From contig SVRW01000007.1 in NCBI GenBank assembly GCA_015064625.1, positions 19,794 through 83,793 on the forward strand: 64,000 bases of DNA, given 5' to 3'. A program made the translations under genes and the position numbers. The notes beneath the pieces were generated by a model. It did no database searches. It was not told where the DNA came from and saw only the letters and a program-made list of their open reading frames with translations. The DNA is from Oscillospiraceae bacterium. Its GTDB lineage: Bacteria > Bacillota > Clostridia > Oscillospirales > CAG-382. Below are positions 44,687-55,278 of the stretch, piece after piece (position 1 is the first letter of the stretch; each line of letters starts with the position of its first letter).

Positions 44687-45661
44687 ATGGAACAAACAGT
44701 TTCTAAGAGAAATATAAATAAAGAAAATAAAATATTAGAAGTCAAGAATCTTAATATCGCATACGGCGAAGGGAAAAACAAGTTTCTTGCCGTGAAAAAT
44801 GCAAGCTTCCATATTTATCAGGGCGAAACCTTTGGTCTGGTAGGCGAGAGCGGTTCGGGTAAAACAACTATTGGCAGAGCGGTTATGCGTATTTTGCCAA
44901 CCTGCGGCGGCGATATTATTTATGACGGCGACAAGATAAACGGAAAGATTCCAAAGGCTCTTGATAAAAAGGTTATAAAAGAAGTTCAGATGATCTTTCA
45001 AGACCCTATGGCAAGTCTTAACGAAAGAGCAAAAATAGACTATATCGTTGGTGAAGGTCTTAAAAATTTAGGTGTTCCTAAAAATGAAAGACATCAAATG
45101 GTTATTGATGCTCTTTTGAAGGTTGGTCTTCTCCCTGAGTTTTCAAGCCGTTTCCCTCACGAATTTTCGGGCGGTCAGAGACAGAGAATAGGTATTGCAA
45201 GGGCTCTCGTTATGAATCCCAAGCTTATCGTTGCTGACGAGCCTATTTCAGCTCTTGACGTTTCAATTCGTGCTCAGGTTCTCAATCTTCTTGCGGAGAT
45301 GCAGAGAGAAAGCGGACTTACGTATCTGTTTATTGCTCATGACCTTTCAGTTATGAGATACATTACAGACAGAATTGCCGTTATATATAAAGGTGAAATT
45401 GTTGAACTTGCAGAGACGGAGGAGCTTTTCAAAAGACCGCTCCATCCTTATACACGTTCATTGCTTTCTGCTATCCCTGTTCCTGATCCTAAAATCGAAA
45501 AGGATAAGAAGCTTATCACTTTTGAACCCGAAAGGGATCTTACCGCGGGTGTTGAAAAAGAGTGGATAGAAGTATTTGACGAACACTATGTTTTCGGTGC
45601 AAACTGTGACGTAGAAAAGTGGAAAGATATTCTTGAGCAAGACCCCGATTTGTTGGATTGA
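44687..45661 (+). CDS. oppF: Oligopeptide ABC transporter ATP-binding protein
   Basis: GESGSGKTT, FSGGQRQRIGIARAL and LIVADEPISALD. Confidence 0.88.
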   Translation: MEQTVSKRNINKENKILEVKNLNIAYGEGKNKFLAVKNASFHIYQGETFGLVGESGSGKTTIGRAVMRILPTCGGDIIYDGDKINGKIPKALDKKVIKEVQMIFQDPMASLNERAKIDYIVGEGLKNLGVPKNERHQMVIDALLKVGLLPEFSSRFPHEFSGGQRQRIGIARALVMNPKLIVADEPISALDVSIRAQVLNLLAEMQRESGLTYLFIAHDLSVMRYITDRIAVIYKGEIVELAETEELFKRPLHPYTRSLLSAIPVPDPKIEKDKKLITFEPERDLTAGVEKEWIEVFDEHYVFGANCDVEKWKDILEQDPDLLD

Positions 45662-45700
45662 GTTAAAGAATCAAGATGTTGATTTTCATAATTAAAAATG

Positions 45701-45735
45701 CGGATGCTTTGCTTGACGCAAGGTATCCGTTTTAT
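45701..45735 (+). terminator. opp operon terminator
   Basis: About 12-bp stem CGGATGCTTTGC / GCAAGGTATCCG (with G-T pairs), followed by TTTTAT. Confidence 0.7.
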
Positions 45736-45894
45736 GTTGTCAAAATACGAATTATAGTATTTGTCGAGAAAGATATTTATAACAACTTGTTAGCAAAAAC
45801 TTGACAAAGGTTACAGTGAATGATAAAATAAATGTAGCTTATTTTTATGGGAAATCCAAAAATATTAGTTTACAGGTATTATTTATGCAAATTC

Positions 45895-45938
45895 GGAAAG
45901 GAATTTTATGAAAGAAGGAAAGGAATTTTATGAAAGAA
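45895..45938 (+). repeat. Perfect 22-bp tandem duplication covering the RBS and start codon
   Basis: GGAAAGGAATTTTATGAAAGAA occurs twice. This creates an out-of-frame ATG at 45908, 22 nt upstream of the main ATG at 45930. Confidence 0.95.
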
Positions 45939-46907
45939 AACAAACCTATTGCAAAAGGAATATTTAAAAGAAATAAAAAGGTGTTTTTTCAAAACATAAT
46001 AACTGCTATGGCCTTTATATTTTTTGCGCTTTTGTTCTTTGAATTGGGAATTAAGTTAAAGAAAAATGAAGATGCAGTATGGTTTTTTTCTTTTATAGCA
46101 TGTCTGTTTTGTTTCCTTTTCAGCGGAATTTTGGCAATTAAAGAAGCTCAATTCAAACTATATAGTATAGAGCTTTATGACCGTGAGATAAAATTAAGAG
46201 ATTCTTTGTTCAAAGAAAAAATAATTGAATATTGTGATATTGTAGACGTATTCAGCTTGAATGATGGGCTGATGATAGTATTTAAACGAAAGGGGGTAGG
46301 TGTGCCCCATTTGTCGAACAATGATGAAATAGCTGCGCTGATACGCCAAAAGATTAACGAAAACAAAAGACAGCGAATATTTGATCCAGAAAAAGAAGAA
46401 ATAAACTTCAAATCGAAAAAACGAACCTTATGGTTGAGGACATTCTTTTTATGCGGAACTATTATTCTGATGTTTCTTGCTATTTTCGCAACTATGTGGG
46501 CTACGGGGTGCAGGGAAATGGCGGATTTTACTCCTAAGGATGAAAAAATATTTTCCGTTTTCGTTATAGTTGAAATATTGATTCTGGTGGGGTTGATTGT
46601 TTGCTCGGCTTTGATAGTAAGAGCAAGATACGCTTATGACGATGCAAAGCAACGTTATTCCGAAGCACTTGCAAATGCTCTTATCAATAAAGGCATTGAT
46701 GAAAGAACGGTTCGCGTTTTGAGAACCAACACAGGCAGAGTTGTTATATACCGCGATGAATACTTGAAAGCGTACAAATGTTCCCATGAAATGTTTATTT
46801 TGAAAGGCCAAGAGTGGTATTCCTATATGCTTTCAGACAGCTTTCAAATCCTTGATGAAGTATGGGAATATCTCGAAGACTTTGAAGACGAAATTATTGA
46901 TTTATAG
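45930..46907 (+). CDS. Membrane protein of unknown function
   Basis: Four hydrophobic segments interleaved with soluble segments. No family recognised. Confidence 0.5.
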   Translation: MKENKPIAKGIFKRNKKVFFQNIITAMAFIFFALLFFELGIKLKKNEDAVWFFSFIACLFCFLFSGILAIKEAQFKLYSIELYDREIKLRDSLFKEKIIEYCDIVDVFSLNDGLMIVFKRKGVGVPHLSNNDEIAALIRQKINENKRQRIFDPEKEEINFKSKKRTLWLRTFFLCGTIILMFLAIFATMWATGCREMADFTPKDEKIFSVFVIVEILILVGLIVCSALIVRARYAYDDAKQRYSEALANALINKGIDERTVRVLRTNTGRVVIYRDEYLKAYKCSHEMFILKGQEWYSYMLSDSFQILDEVWEYLEDFEDEIIDL

Positions 46908-46925
46908 TTTGAAAACGGTGATAAT

Positions 46926-47870
46926 TTGAAGTTTGAAAAAAGGCATATAAAAGAATGTATCCAAATATTTAATAGCTACGCCAACGCTAAAGAGGTTGTG
47001 TTCAAGCCCTTGGATGAAGAACGGTTTGAAGCTCTTTTCTGCTCCGATAAATATAATTCTATGGGCGTTGTTAAAGAGGATGCGAATGGTGAGGTTTTGG
47101 GGTTTGCCTTTGGTACTGTCTCTGAAATAGCAGGGTATATTTCGTATATAGGGGTCAGAAAAGACGTTTGTCGTAGGGGATTTGGTAAAGAATTATTTTC
47201 TGAGTTAACGGAAGCTATCAAAAAGGAAAACAGAGAGATAAAGAGATTGGATTGTATATTTTATAATCCGTGTCAGCTTTCCTGGTTCGTTCCCAATCAT
47301 GAGCCACACGATCATCCGGGAGTTCCGGGCGTTTATATGAAAGGTTCGGGATATGAATTTTTTAAAGCCTGTGGATTTTACGATTATGCTGTCCAAAACG
47401 CTTATTATATGCAGTTGAACAAGTTTGAAGAAAGAGAAAAAATAAAAGAGAAAAAAGAAAAATTAAATAATCAGGGTATAGAGGTATGTTTTTTTGATAA
47501 GGAAAAGCATACGGGTTTTTCGGAGCTTTTTGAAAATATAAAAAACGAAGGATGGCGCAAAAGCGTTATGTCGAGGCTTGACGAAAAAATCGTCGTTGCC
47601 GTAAAGGATAACGTTGTTATCGGATATTCAGGCCCGCTTTCCGTTTCGAAGGGGAAAAGAGGTCTTTTTTGTGGAATCGGTGTTCATACGGATTTCAGGC
47701 AGTACGGTATAGGAAGTGTTATTTTTTCAGAGCTTTGCGCAGGTCTTAAAGGTATGGGAGCGGAATTTATGTCGCTTTTTACGGGAGATAATAATCCGGC
47801 TCGATTTGTATACGAAAGCACTGGTTTTGAGCTTGTTGCAAAATTTTCTTGTATGAGGAAAGAACTGTAA
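46926..47870 (+). CDS. Tandem GNAT-domain N-acetyltransferase (TTG start)
   Basis: Two acetyl-CoA motif A-like segments: VRKDVCRRGFGKELF and VHTDFRQYGIGSVIF. Confidence 0.65.
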   Translation: MKFEKRHIKECIQIFNSYANAKEVVFKPLDEERFEALFCSDKYNSMGVVKEDANGEVLGFAFGTVSEIAGYISYIGVRKDVCRRGFGKELFSELTEAIKKENREIKRLDCIFYNPCQLSWFVPNHEPHDHPGVPGVYMKGSGYEFFKACGFYDYAVQNAYYMQLNKFEEREKIKEKKEKLNNQGIEVCFFDKEKHTGFSELFENIKNEGWRKSVMSRLDEKIVVAVKDNVVIGYSGPLSVSKGKRGLFCGIGVHTDFRQYGIGSVIFSELCAGLKGMGAEFMSLFTGDNNPARFVYESTGFELVAKFSCMRKEL

Positions 47871-48001
47871 AACTACTTGACTATGTTTTGAAAAAATGGT
47901 AAAATAAACGTGGTGATAGAAAAAAGTATCGCAAAAGATAATTATTGTAATAGATAAGTTGAAATATAAAAAACTTGTTTGATAAATGAAAGGATTTTGA
48001 T

Positions 48002-48832
48002 ATGAGTATTTATGCAAAGCTTGAAAAATGTCTTGAATGTGTGAGAAAGCAGACAGATTTTGTGCCTGACGTGGCGGTTATTTTAGGTTCAGGTCTTGGT
48101 GCTTTGGCAGATGAGATAAAAAAGGAAGCGGTTGTTGAATATTCCTCCATTGAGGGATTCCCCGTTTCTACAGTTCCGGGTCACAAGGGAAGATTCGTTT
48201 TTGGATATATGGGCGACGTTAAAGTTGTTGTTATGCAGGGCAGAGTTCATTTCTACGAAGGATATCCCATAACGGACGTAGTTTTGCCAACAAGACTTAT
48301 GAAGCTTATGGGAGCAAAAATACTGTTCGTGACAAATGCGGCAGGCGGTGCAAACCCTGAATTTGACGCAGGTGACCTTATGCTTATAAACGACCATATA
48401 TGCAAGGTTCCTAACCCTCTTATCGGCGCAAACGTTGAAGAACTTGGAACGAGATTCCCCGATATGAGCGAGGTTTATTCCTCAAGACTCAGAAACGTTG
48501 TGAGAAAAGTGGCTTCTGAGAATGGTGTTGACCTTAAAGAAGGAGTTTACGTTCAGCTTACAGGCCCCAGCTTTGAAACTCCTGCTGAAGTCAGAATGTG
48601 CAGATTTTTTGGCGGTGATGCAGTTGGAATGTCAACAGCATGCGAAGCTATTGCGGCACGTCACGCAGGAATGGAAATCGTTGGCGTTTCTCTTATCAGC
48701 AACAAAGCCGCAGGTATTTCCGAAACGCCTCTCACCCATGAGGAAGTTCAGGAGGCTGCAAATCTTGCCGCTCCCAAATTCAAGAAGCTTGTTACTGATT
48801 CAGTTTCACGTTTTGGAGAGTTTTTGAAATGA
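48002..48832 (+). CDS. Purine nucleoside phosphorylase (PunA/MTAP-type trimeric PNP family)
   Basis: [46 protein letters not shown] and GADAVGMST. Confidence 0.85.
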   Translation: MSIYAKLEKCLECVRKQTDFVPDVAVILGSGLGALADEIKKEAVVEYSSIEGFPVSTVPGHKGRFVFGYMGDVKVVVMQGRVHFYEGYPITDVVLPTRLMKLMGAKILFVTNAAGGANPEFDAGDLMLINDHICKVPNPLIGANVEELGTRFPDMSEVYSSRLRNVVRKVASENGVDLKEGVYVQLTGPSFETPAEVRMCRFFGGDAVGMSTACEAIAARHAGMEIVGVSLISNKAAGISETPLTHEEVQEAANLAAPKFKKLVTDSVSRFGEFLK

Positions 48833-49884
48833 GCATAAACGAAGGAAGTGTTGTTTTATCAAAGGATAAAAACTGCGTTGAAATTATAGACCAGACTTTA
48901 CTTCCCCTTGAAGAAAGAATTATATCTTTATCTACCCCTGAAGAAATTTACGACGCTATATATTATCTTAAAGTCAGAGGTGCTCCTGCTATTGGTATAT
49001 GTGCAGGGTACGGAATGTACGTTCTTGCAAAGCAGATAAAAAAAGAGCCTTTTCTTGACGAGCTTTTAAGATTGGGGGATTATCTCAATTCCTCACGTCC
49101 GACAGCGGTAAATCTAAGCTTTGCCGTTAACCGTCTGTGCAACGTTGCGAAGAAAAACATTTTGCTTCCAAGAGAAGAGCTTTTGGAGCTTATGCGTCTT
49201 GAAGCGGAAAAGATTCACAAAGAAGATATTGAAATGTGCCGCAGTATTGCAACCTTCGGTCTTGAGCTTGTTAAAGCCGGAGATACCATACTGACCCATT
49301 GTAATGCAGGACCTCTTGCGACGTCAAAATATGGAACAGGACTTGGAACGTTTTTCCTTGCTAAAGAAAAAGGTATTGAGCTTAAGGCGTATTGCGATGA
49401 AACAAGACCTTTACTTCAAGGTGCAAGACTTACGGTTTACGAGCTTCAGAACGCGGGCGTGGATTGTACGTTGATTTGCGACAATATGGCGGCAGCCCTT
49501 ATGAAGCAAGGAAAAATAGATGCTTGTTTTGTGGGATGTGACAGGGTTGCTCTTAACGGTGATGCGGCAAACAAAATAGGAACTTTGGGTGTTGCTGTGC
49601 TTGCAAAGCATTATGGCGTTCCGTTTTACGTTTTCTGTCCTTCTTCAACTGTGGACAAGAACTGCAAAACGGGTGATGATATAGTTATTGAGGAACGTAA
49701 ATCTTCTGAAATTTTTGAAATGTTTTATGAAAAACCCGTTGCACGCGAGGGCACGAAATGCTATAACCCCGCATTTGACGTGACAGACCACGAACTTATT
49801 ACGGCAATAGTTACAGAAAAGGGAATATGGAGAGGAGACGAAAGTTTTGAAACGTTTTTACGGCGGAAAAATATTATTGACTGA
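48829..49884 (+). CDS. mtnA: S-methyl-5-thioribose-1-phosphate isomerase
   Basis: [40 protein letters not shown] and [17 protein letters not shown]. Confidence 0.88.
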   Translation: MSINEGSVVLSKDKNCVEIIDQTLLPLEERIISLSTPEEIYDAIYYLKVRGAPAIGICAGYGMYVLAKQIKKEPFLDELLRLGDYLNSSRPTAVNLSFAVNRLCNVAKKNILLPREELLELMRLEAEKIHKEDIEMCRSIATFGLELVKAGDTILTHCNAGPLATSKYGTGLGTFFLAKEKGIELKAYCDETRPLLQGARLTVYELQNAGVDCTLICDNMAAALMKQGKIDACFVGCDRVALNGDAANKIGTLGVAVLAKHYGVPFYVFCPSSTVDKNCKTGDDIVIEERKSSEIFEMFYEKPVAREGTKCYNPAFDVTDHELITAIVTEKGIWRGDESFETFLRRKNIID

Positions 49885-51118
49885 AGGAAAGACCTTTAAA
49901 GTTATAGAAAATGGCGAAGTTGTTGTTGACGGCAACAAGATTATAAGCGTATCTGAAACGCCTTTGTATGAAAACAAAGGATGCGAAGAAATTGACTTAA
50001 AGGGCAATTTACTTATGCCTTCTTTCAAAAACGCTCATACTCATTCTGCGATGACCTTCCTTCGTTCCTTTGCGGACGACCTTCCTTTGAAGGAATGGCT
50101 TTTCAACAGAATTTTTCCTATGGAAGATAAATTGCAGGGGGAACATATTTACACTTACGCAAAGCTTGCAAACCTTGAATATTTGTCAAGCGGAATAACC
50201 TCTTCTTTCGATATGTATTTCTTCCTTGACGACTACGTTAAGGCAAATATTGATATGGGCTTCAGAACGGTTATGTGCGGTTCTGTAAACGGTAATCCAG
50301 AAAGGGCAGATGAGCTTGTTTCAAACTTTGAAAAGTATAACGGCAAGAGTGACCTTATAAACTACGTTTTGGGTTTCCACGCTGAATATACAGCTACAGA
50401 AGAATTACTTGACAGAATAGGGGAGGTGGCAAAAGCTCTTAAAGCCCCCGTTTTCACTCATAACAGCGAAACACAGAATGAAGTAGATGAATGTATCAAA
50501 AAATACGGAATGACCCCCACACAGCTTTTTGACAAAAAAGGAATTTACGATTTTGGCGGTGGAGGATATCATTGTGTATACCTTTCCGACGAGGATATGG
50601 AAATATTCAAGGAAAAAAATCTTTGGGCTGTAACTTGTCCCGCTTCCAATGCCAAGCTTGCAAGCGGAATTGCTGATTTGAAAAAACAGCTTGAATTTGG
50701 ACTTAATATGGCTATAGGTACAGACGGCCCTGCTTCAAACAATGCCCTCGATATGTTCAGAGAAATGTATTTAGCCTGTGCGTTGCAAAAGCTTAAATAT
50801 ATGGATGCGGCAGAGTTTGGCGCAGAAAACGCACTTTGGATGGCAACGGCGGGAAGTGCTCTCGCTATGGGGCTTACAGATTGCGACTGTATAGCCGTCG
50901 GTAAAAAAGCTGACCTTTTGGTTATTGATATGAATACTCCAAATATGCAACCTGTTCACGACGTGGCGAAAAATATTGTTTACAGTGGTTCAAAGCAGAA
51001 CGTTAAAATGACCATGATAAACGGTAAAGTTCTTTACGAAAACGGCGTTTATCACATAGACGAACCCGTAGAGGAAATATACGCAAGAGCAAATAAAATG
51101 CTAAAATCTTTCAGATAA
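49847..51118 (+). CDS. mtaD: Amidohydrolase, 5'-methylthioadenosine/S-adenosylhomocysteine deaminase-like
   Basis: [33 protein letters not shown] and [13 protein letters not shown]. The TTG start overlapping mtnA is uncertain. Confidence 0.75.
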   Translation: MKRFYGGKILLTEGKTFKVIENGEVVVDGNKIISVSETPLYENKGCEEIDLKGNLLMPSFKNAHTHSAMTFLRSFADDLPLKEWLFNRIFPMEDKLQGEHIYTYAKLANLEYLSSGITSSFDMYFFLDDYVKANIDMGFRTVMCGSVNGNPERADELVSNFEKYNGKSDLINYVLGFHAEYTATEELLDRIGEVAKALKAPVFTHNSETQNEVDECIKKYGMTPTQLFDKKGIYDFGGGGYHCVYLSDEDMEIFKEKNLWAVTCPASNAKLASGIADLKKQLEFGLNMAIGTDGPASNNALDMFREMYLACALQKLKYMDAAEFGAENALWMATAGSALAMGLTDCDCIAVGKKADLLVIDMNTPNMQPVHDVAKNIVYSGSKQNVKMTMINGKVLYENGVYHIDEPVEEIYARANKMLKSFR

Positions 51119-51149
51119 AGGGTTTTACAGATTTAAAATCTGAATAGAC

Positions 51150-51187
51150 AAACGGCTGACTCGAAATTAACCGAGTCAGCCGTTTTT
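51150..51187. terminator. Bidirectional intrinsic terminator (mtaD / LRR-dockerin gene)
   Basis: Perfect 14-bp stem AAACGGCTGACTCG / CGAGTCAGCCGTTT, 8-nt loop, with the A and T runs inside the arms. Confidence 0.85.
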
Positions 51188-51202
51188 ATGAAACAATGAT
51201 TT

Positions 51203-53377
51203 TTATGAGTAGAGGTCATACTTGCCAAGGAAGTAGTTTTTAATCTGGAGATAATCTGTGGAATTTATTGTGCCGTCGTCGTTTGTATCCGAGGCGGTAA
51301 TAAATACTCCTTCAAGGACAAGCTCGCCTAAAAATGCTTTTTTTAGTCTGAGATAGTCTGTTGCATCAATTTTTCCATTTCCGTCCGTGTCACCGTTTAT
51401 TATAGCTGTGTAGTATTTTCCGTTCGTAGTTTCAATAACACATCCCGTACCTATGATGTCTTTGTTATCTAACTCTTTGCCGTCCTTGGTAATTGATTTG
51501 ATTACGACGCCGTATTTTTCGAAATAAGACAGCTTGAACGTGTTTACGTCCGTGTTCGCGGGAATATTTGGCATGGTGTTGTATTTTGCGTTGATATAAA
51601 GAGGATCTTTTACTTCTTTGGGCAGTCTTTCTGTTGTGAATTTGTTTTGGCTTGCGTATGTTGTTGCTGTGCAAATTAAAGGGCATACGATGATAAACGA
51701 GGGATTGGCTACAATTTCAAATGATTCTTCGTCTATATTGTATCCCAAGGCGTATTCGCCTATTTTGACATTGGAGGATTTTACAGTGACCCTATTTAAA
51801 GAAGGACAATGAAAGAATGCATATTCAGATATGGTTTGAAGATTTTTCGGAATAACAACTTCTGAAAGAGATGTACATAAAGAGAATGCACCTGTTTTTA
51901 TATTCACTAAAAATTCGGGTAAAATTACGGACGTAAGGGATATACATGCAGCGAATGACCCTTCACCGATTGTATTTATAAGGGGAGAAAACTCTATTTT
52001 CTCAAGGGATACACAAGCAGAAAATGCAAAGTCGCTTATTGATTCAAGGCTTTCGGGAAAAGATGCTGCTTTTAATTGAACCTGACCTGCAAAAAGCGAA
52101 TCTGCCATTAAGGTAGTTCCTTCTTTTATTTTGCAGTATTCAAGAGAGAAGTTATCTTTTACAGCCACGGCGTATTTGCCTATATACAGAACTCCGTCCT
52201 CCCAATCGTCCGGAGTGTTGTAATTTTTGGTTCCGTCAAAGGCATATGCACCGATTTTGGTTATATTATCCCTGAGGCTGTATACGTAAAGGTTTGAACA
52301 ACCGTAAAACGCTGCTTCGCCTATTTGGTTCACGGATCTGGGAATGGTGAAATCCGAAGGTAAGTCACAGTTATAGAAGGCGTAGCCTTTTATTATAAAA
52401 ATACTTCCGTCGTTGGGAATAGTGGAGTTTTTGCATCCCAAGACAACATATTTTGAATTTTTTTCTATAAGCGTGTTGTTACTTGCATAGAAATACTTGC
52501 TTGACGAATCAACTGTTATGGATGATATATTGACACAATCTATAAACGCACCTTCGCTTATTTTTAAGATATTAGCGGGGATATTAAGGCTTGTGAGGGA
52601 CGAAACGCCTGCAAAAGCAAAGGAATCTATGGAATAAGTGTTGGTATTTACGTCACCTTCCGGGAAAGTGCTTCCTTCGCAGGCGGCAATTATATAGTTG
52701 GTTTCTTTGTCAATAAGGCAATTTGACAAGGCTTCGTAATAAGTGTTATCACTATTGACGATGATTTTTTTAAGTGAAGGACAATATGCGGTTATTCCAC
52801 TTCCAATATAAACTACTGATAAAGGAATATTTAATGATTTTATTCCTGTGCCCATAAATGCAAAATCGCCTATGTACATAACCCCTGTGGGTAGCAAAAG
52901 GGAAGTTAACGATTCACAGCTTTCAAAGGCGTATGCACCGATATATTCCACCGTTGGTGCAATAGACACGGAGGTAAGATTGATGCAATATGCAAACGCT
53001 TGATCTCCAATACTTTGAACTCCGCTTTTGATTGTTATGCTTTTAATAGATTCATAGCTTTCTATCCATGGAGCAAATTCTCCTGCTTCGGCACTGTAGT
53101 CATACATATAACCGCTTCCGGAAATAGTCAGATTACCTGCTGACGATAAGCTCCATGAAACGTTTTCTCCGCAAGTGCCGGAAGCACCGACGTTTTCAAC
53201 TGCGAAATCGTTGGAAATCAAGTTTACCTTTTTCGTTGGAAATTTACGCTTTTCATAAAAAGATGAAATATTTGTTTCTTCTTGTGGGACATTATCCTCA
53301 GCCGTTACGGTCAGGGATGATGCTACTGATAAAAGCAAACAAACGCTGATTACTAAAGAAAGTATTTTTTTGCTCAT
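51203..53377 (-). CDS. Secreted BspA-type leucine-rich repeat protein with a C-terminal dockerin
   Basis: Signal peptide and a long LRR region (IGDQAFAYCINLTSVSI etc.). Terminal dockerin GDTDGNGKIDATDYLRLKKAFLG ... DTNDDGTINSTDYLQIKNYFLG. Confidence 0.8.
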   Translation of the reverse strand: MSKKILSLVISVCLLLSVASSLTVTAEDNVPQEETNISSFYEKRKFPTKKVNLISNDFAVENVGASGTCGENVSWSLSSAGNLTISGSGYMYDYSAEAGEFAPWIESYESIKSITIKSGVQSIGDQAFAYCINLTSVSIAPTVEYIGAYAFESCESLTSLLLPTGVMYIGDFAFMGTGIKSLNIPLSVVYIGSGITAYCPSLKKIIVNSDNTYYEALSNCLIDKETNYIIAACEGSTFPEGDVNTNTYSIDSFAFAGVSSLTSLNIPANILKISEGAFIDCVNISSITVDSSSKYFYASNNTLIEKNSKYVVLGCKNSTIPNDGSIFIIKGYAFYNCDLPSDFTIPRSVNQIGEAAFYGCSNLYVYSLRDNITKIGAYAFDGTKNYNTPDDWEDGVLYIGKYAVAVKDNFSLEYCKIKEGTTLMADSLFAGQVQLKAASFPESLESISDFAFSACVSLEKIEFSPLINTIGEGSFAACISLTSVILPEFLVNIKTGAFSLCTSLSEVVIPKNLQTISEYAFFHCPSLNRVTVKSSNVKIGEYALGYNIDEESFEIVANPSFIIVCPLICTATTYASQNKFTTERLPKEVKDPLYINAKYNTMPNIPANTDVNTFKLSYFEKYGVVIKSITKDGKELDNKDIIGTGCVIETTNGKYYTAIINGDTDGNGKIDATDYLRLKKAFLGELVLEGVFITASDTNDDGTINSTDYLQIKNYFLGKYDLYS

Positions 53378-53571
53378 AATTTATCTCCTTTGACTAATGT
53401 ATTAGTATTATAGCACTAAACATCATCAATGTCAATAAAAATTCATAAATTTATGAATAAATATTTTGGGGACTTTTTTATTGGTTGACTTTTCCGATAT
53501 TTATTTTCGATTGCTTCCTCTGTTACGTGTTAAAACAGCTTAAATCAAATAAAATGCTTTCTCATTTCAGA

Positions 53572-53620
53572 TAAAGAAAAAGGGCAAGAGTAAAGAGGCG
53601 AATCCTTTATTCTTGCTCTT
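53572..53620 (-). terminator. Terminator of the lipoprotein/kinase-like operon
   Basis: About 15-bp stem (53581-53619). On the minus strand it is followed by TTTTTCTTT. Confidence 0.65.
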
Positions 53621-53623
53621 TGT

Positions 53624-54136
53624 TTATGATTTAGTCAAAGCGAGGGAATAAACGTGGGTGGAGGAGGTAGTTTTATCTGAAACTGTGAGTTTGAAAAGTT
53701 CAGGTTTATCTTCAAGATAGAAATAACATTCCAAAACCACGTTTTCTTCAACGTTTTCTTCAAAGGCTGGGTATGGGTCAAAAGCGATTACGTCAAAAGC
53801 TGCATCGTAACTCCTCTTATATACGTTACCGCTTTTTACGGTGTTTTTCAGATAAGACAAAATTTCATTATAATAAGCTTTTCTCTCGGCATCTGAATCA
53901 GCTTCAATTTTTACGGAAAATTCGTATTTTGCAGAAACGTCTGTTTCTTCGATTTTCGTATAGTCTATAAACTGTTTTGGAGCGATGCCCGAAAGTCCGT
54001 GTTTTGAGAATGAATCGGATTGTGAAAGGGACTCACTTTGCTGTGATTCGGCGGATGTAGCTTCGTTATCGCACGAAGTACAGAAAAAAAGAGATAAAAT
54101 AACGGTTAATGCTAAAACAAAGCGTAAGATTTTCAT
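53624..54136 (-). CDS. Hypothetical lipoprotein
   Basis: Lipobox FFCTSC and a Ser-rich linker (SAESQQSESLSQSDSFS). ATGA overlap with the upstream gene. Confidence 0.55.
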   Translation of the reverse strand: MKILRFVLALTVILSLFFCTSCDNEATSAESQQSESLSQSDSFSKHGLSGIAPKQFIDYTKIEETDVSAKYEFSVKIEADSDAERKAYYNEILSYLKNTVKSGNVYKRSYDAAFDVIAFDPYPAFEENVEENVVLECYFYLEDKPELFKLTVSDKTTSSTHVYSLALTKS

Positions 54137-54837
54137 TTATTGTCTATTCCTTTTATAGCAATTTGAGCGGATTCATCGTCCATATTGCAATACAGACGGT
54201 ATACCTTTATGAGCTTTGAAAGGGATTTGACAAGCTTTATAACTGAATTGGCTTTTTCTTTATCCTTCGGGATATAAGTTTGTTTTATAAGCTCAAAGAA
54301 GGCGTCATTTTCAGATACGGCTTCTATGCGGTTTTCTTCACTTCTTACAATTACGAAAACCGCTTCAATGGGGCATGATGCGTTTTCACCTAAATTATGC
54401 TCTCCCATCCATGGTGAGCCGTAAGCGATGGCTTTTTTGTCTATTTTGATAAGTGGTTTATCGTCGTTTATATATGAGGCACCGAACAGTCTGTGCCACT
54501 TTTCCGCATGAGTTGATTTTCCTGTTCCGCTTGGGGCTGTGAAAATATATCCTTTTCCGTCAAGACATACGGCAGAGCCGTGAAAAAGAATAACGTTATG
54601 GTGAAGCAGTGAATGGACAAGCTTTCTGTGCAATGCGAAGATTTCGGCTGATTCTTCGGATATATTGGGAAAGCAAGCTTTTTCATTCTGAACGTCGGAG
54701 TCTATAACAGAAACGGTTTCTTCAGCCGGTTCTTGACAGATGTATTTTTGGCAAAAATCTTTAGTGCTTTTGAAAAATACTTTTGCATTGAAAACTTTTC
54801 CCGCAAGCTTCAGGTTGAATTCTGTTTGCGACGGCAT
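54133..54837 (-). CDS. HPr kinase C-terminal-domain-like P-loop protein (HprK-related kinase family)
   Basis: FHGSAVCLDGKGYIFTAPSGTGKSTHAEKWHRLFGASYINDDKPLI parallels the HprK core HG..V...G.G.L..G.SG.GKS......G..LI.DD. Confidence 0.55.
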   Translation of the reverse strand: MPSQTEFNLKLAGKVFNAKVFFKSTKDFCQKYICQEPAEETVSVIDSDVQNEKACFPNISEESAEIFALHRKLVHSLLHHNVILFHGSAVCLDGKGYIFTAPSGTGKSTHAEKWHRLFGASYINDDKPLIKIDKKAIAYGSPWMGEHNLGENASCPIEAVFVIVRSEENRIEAVSENDAFFELIKQTYIPKDKEKANSVIKLVKSLSKLIKVYRLYCNMDDESAQIAIKGIDNK

Positions 54838-54850
54838 AGCTTAATATCCT

Positions 54851-55078
54851 TTAGTCAAAGGGAACGAAGGGGAGAGAAACCTTTTCTTCCAAAGAAGCTT
54901 CGCTAACAAATTCGATTTCTGATTCATCAGATGCAAATGCGCTTTCTTCCGATGCCAAGGAAGATACTGATTCGGATGATTCGTTTTCTTCGGGCAATGA
55001 AATTTCAGGTGTTGGCACACAGGAAACGAGAAGAATTGATAAAAGAACTAAAGATACAAATAAATAAGCTTTATTCAT
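54851..55078 (-). CDS. Small Ser/Glu-rich lipoprotein (75 aa)
   Basis: Lipobox LLVSC. The mature part is about 50 aa, dominated by S and E. Confidence 0.5.
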   Translation of the reverse strand: MNKAYLFVSLVLLSILLVSCVPTPEISLPEENESSESVSSLASEESAFASDESEIEFVSEASLEEKVSLPFVPFD

Positions 55079-55278
55079 GAAAAATACCTCGTAACACTTT
55101 ATTTGAAAACATATTTATCAACATAAAAATTATAGCATATTACTTTTGCGATGTCAATTCGAATTTTCAAAAAAGTAAAACTTACATCTGCTGTCAATCA
55201 CGGAAGCAATTTATTATTGACAAGTAAATTCTTTAATGGTAAAATAGAATAAAATAATATCTGAGGTTCAAAAAGGTT

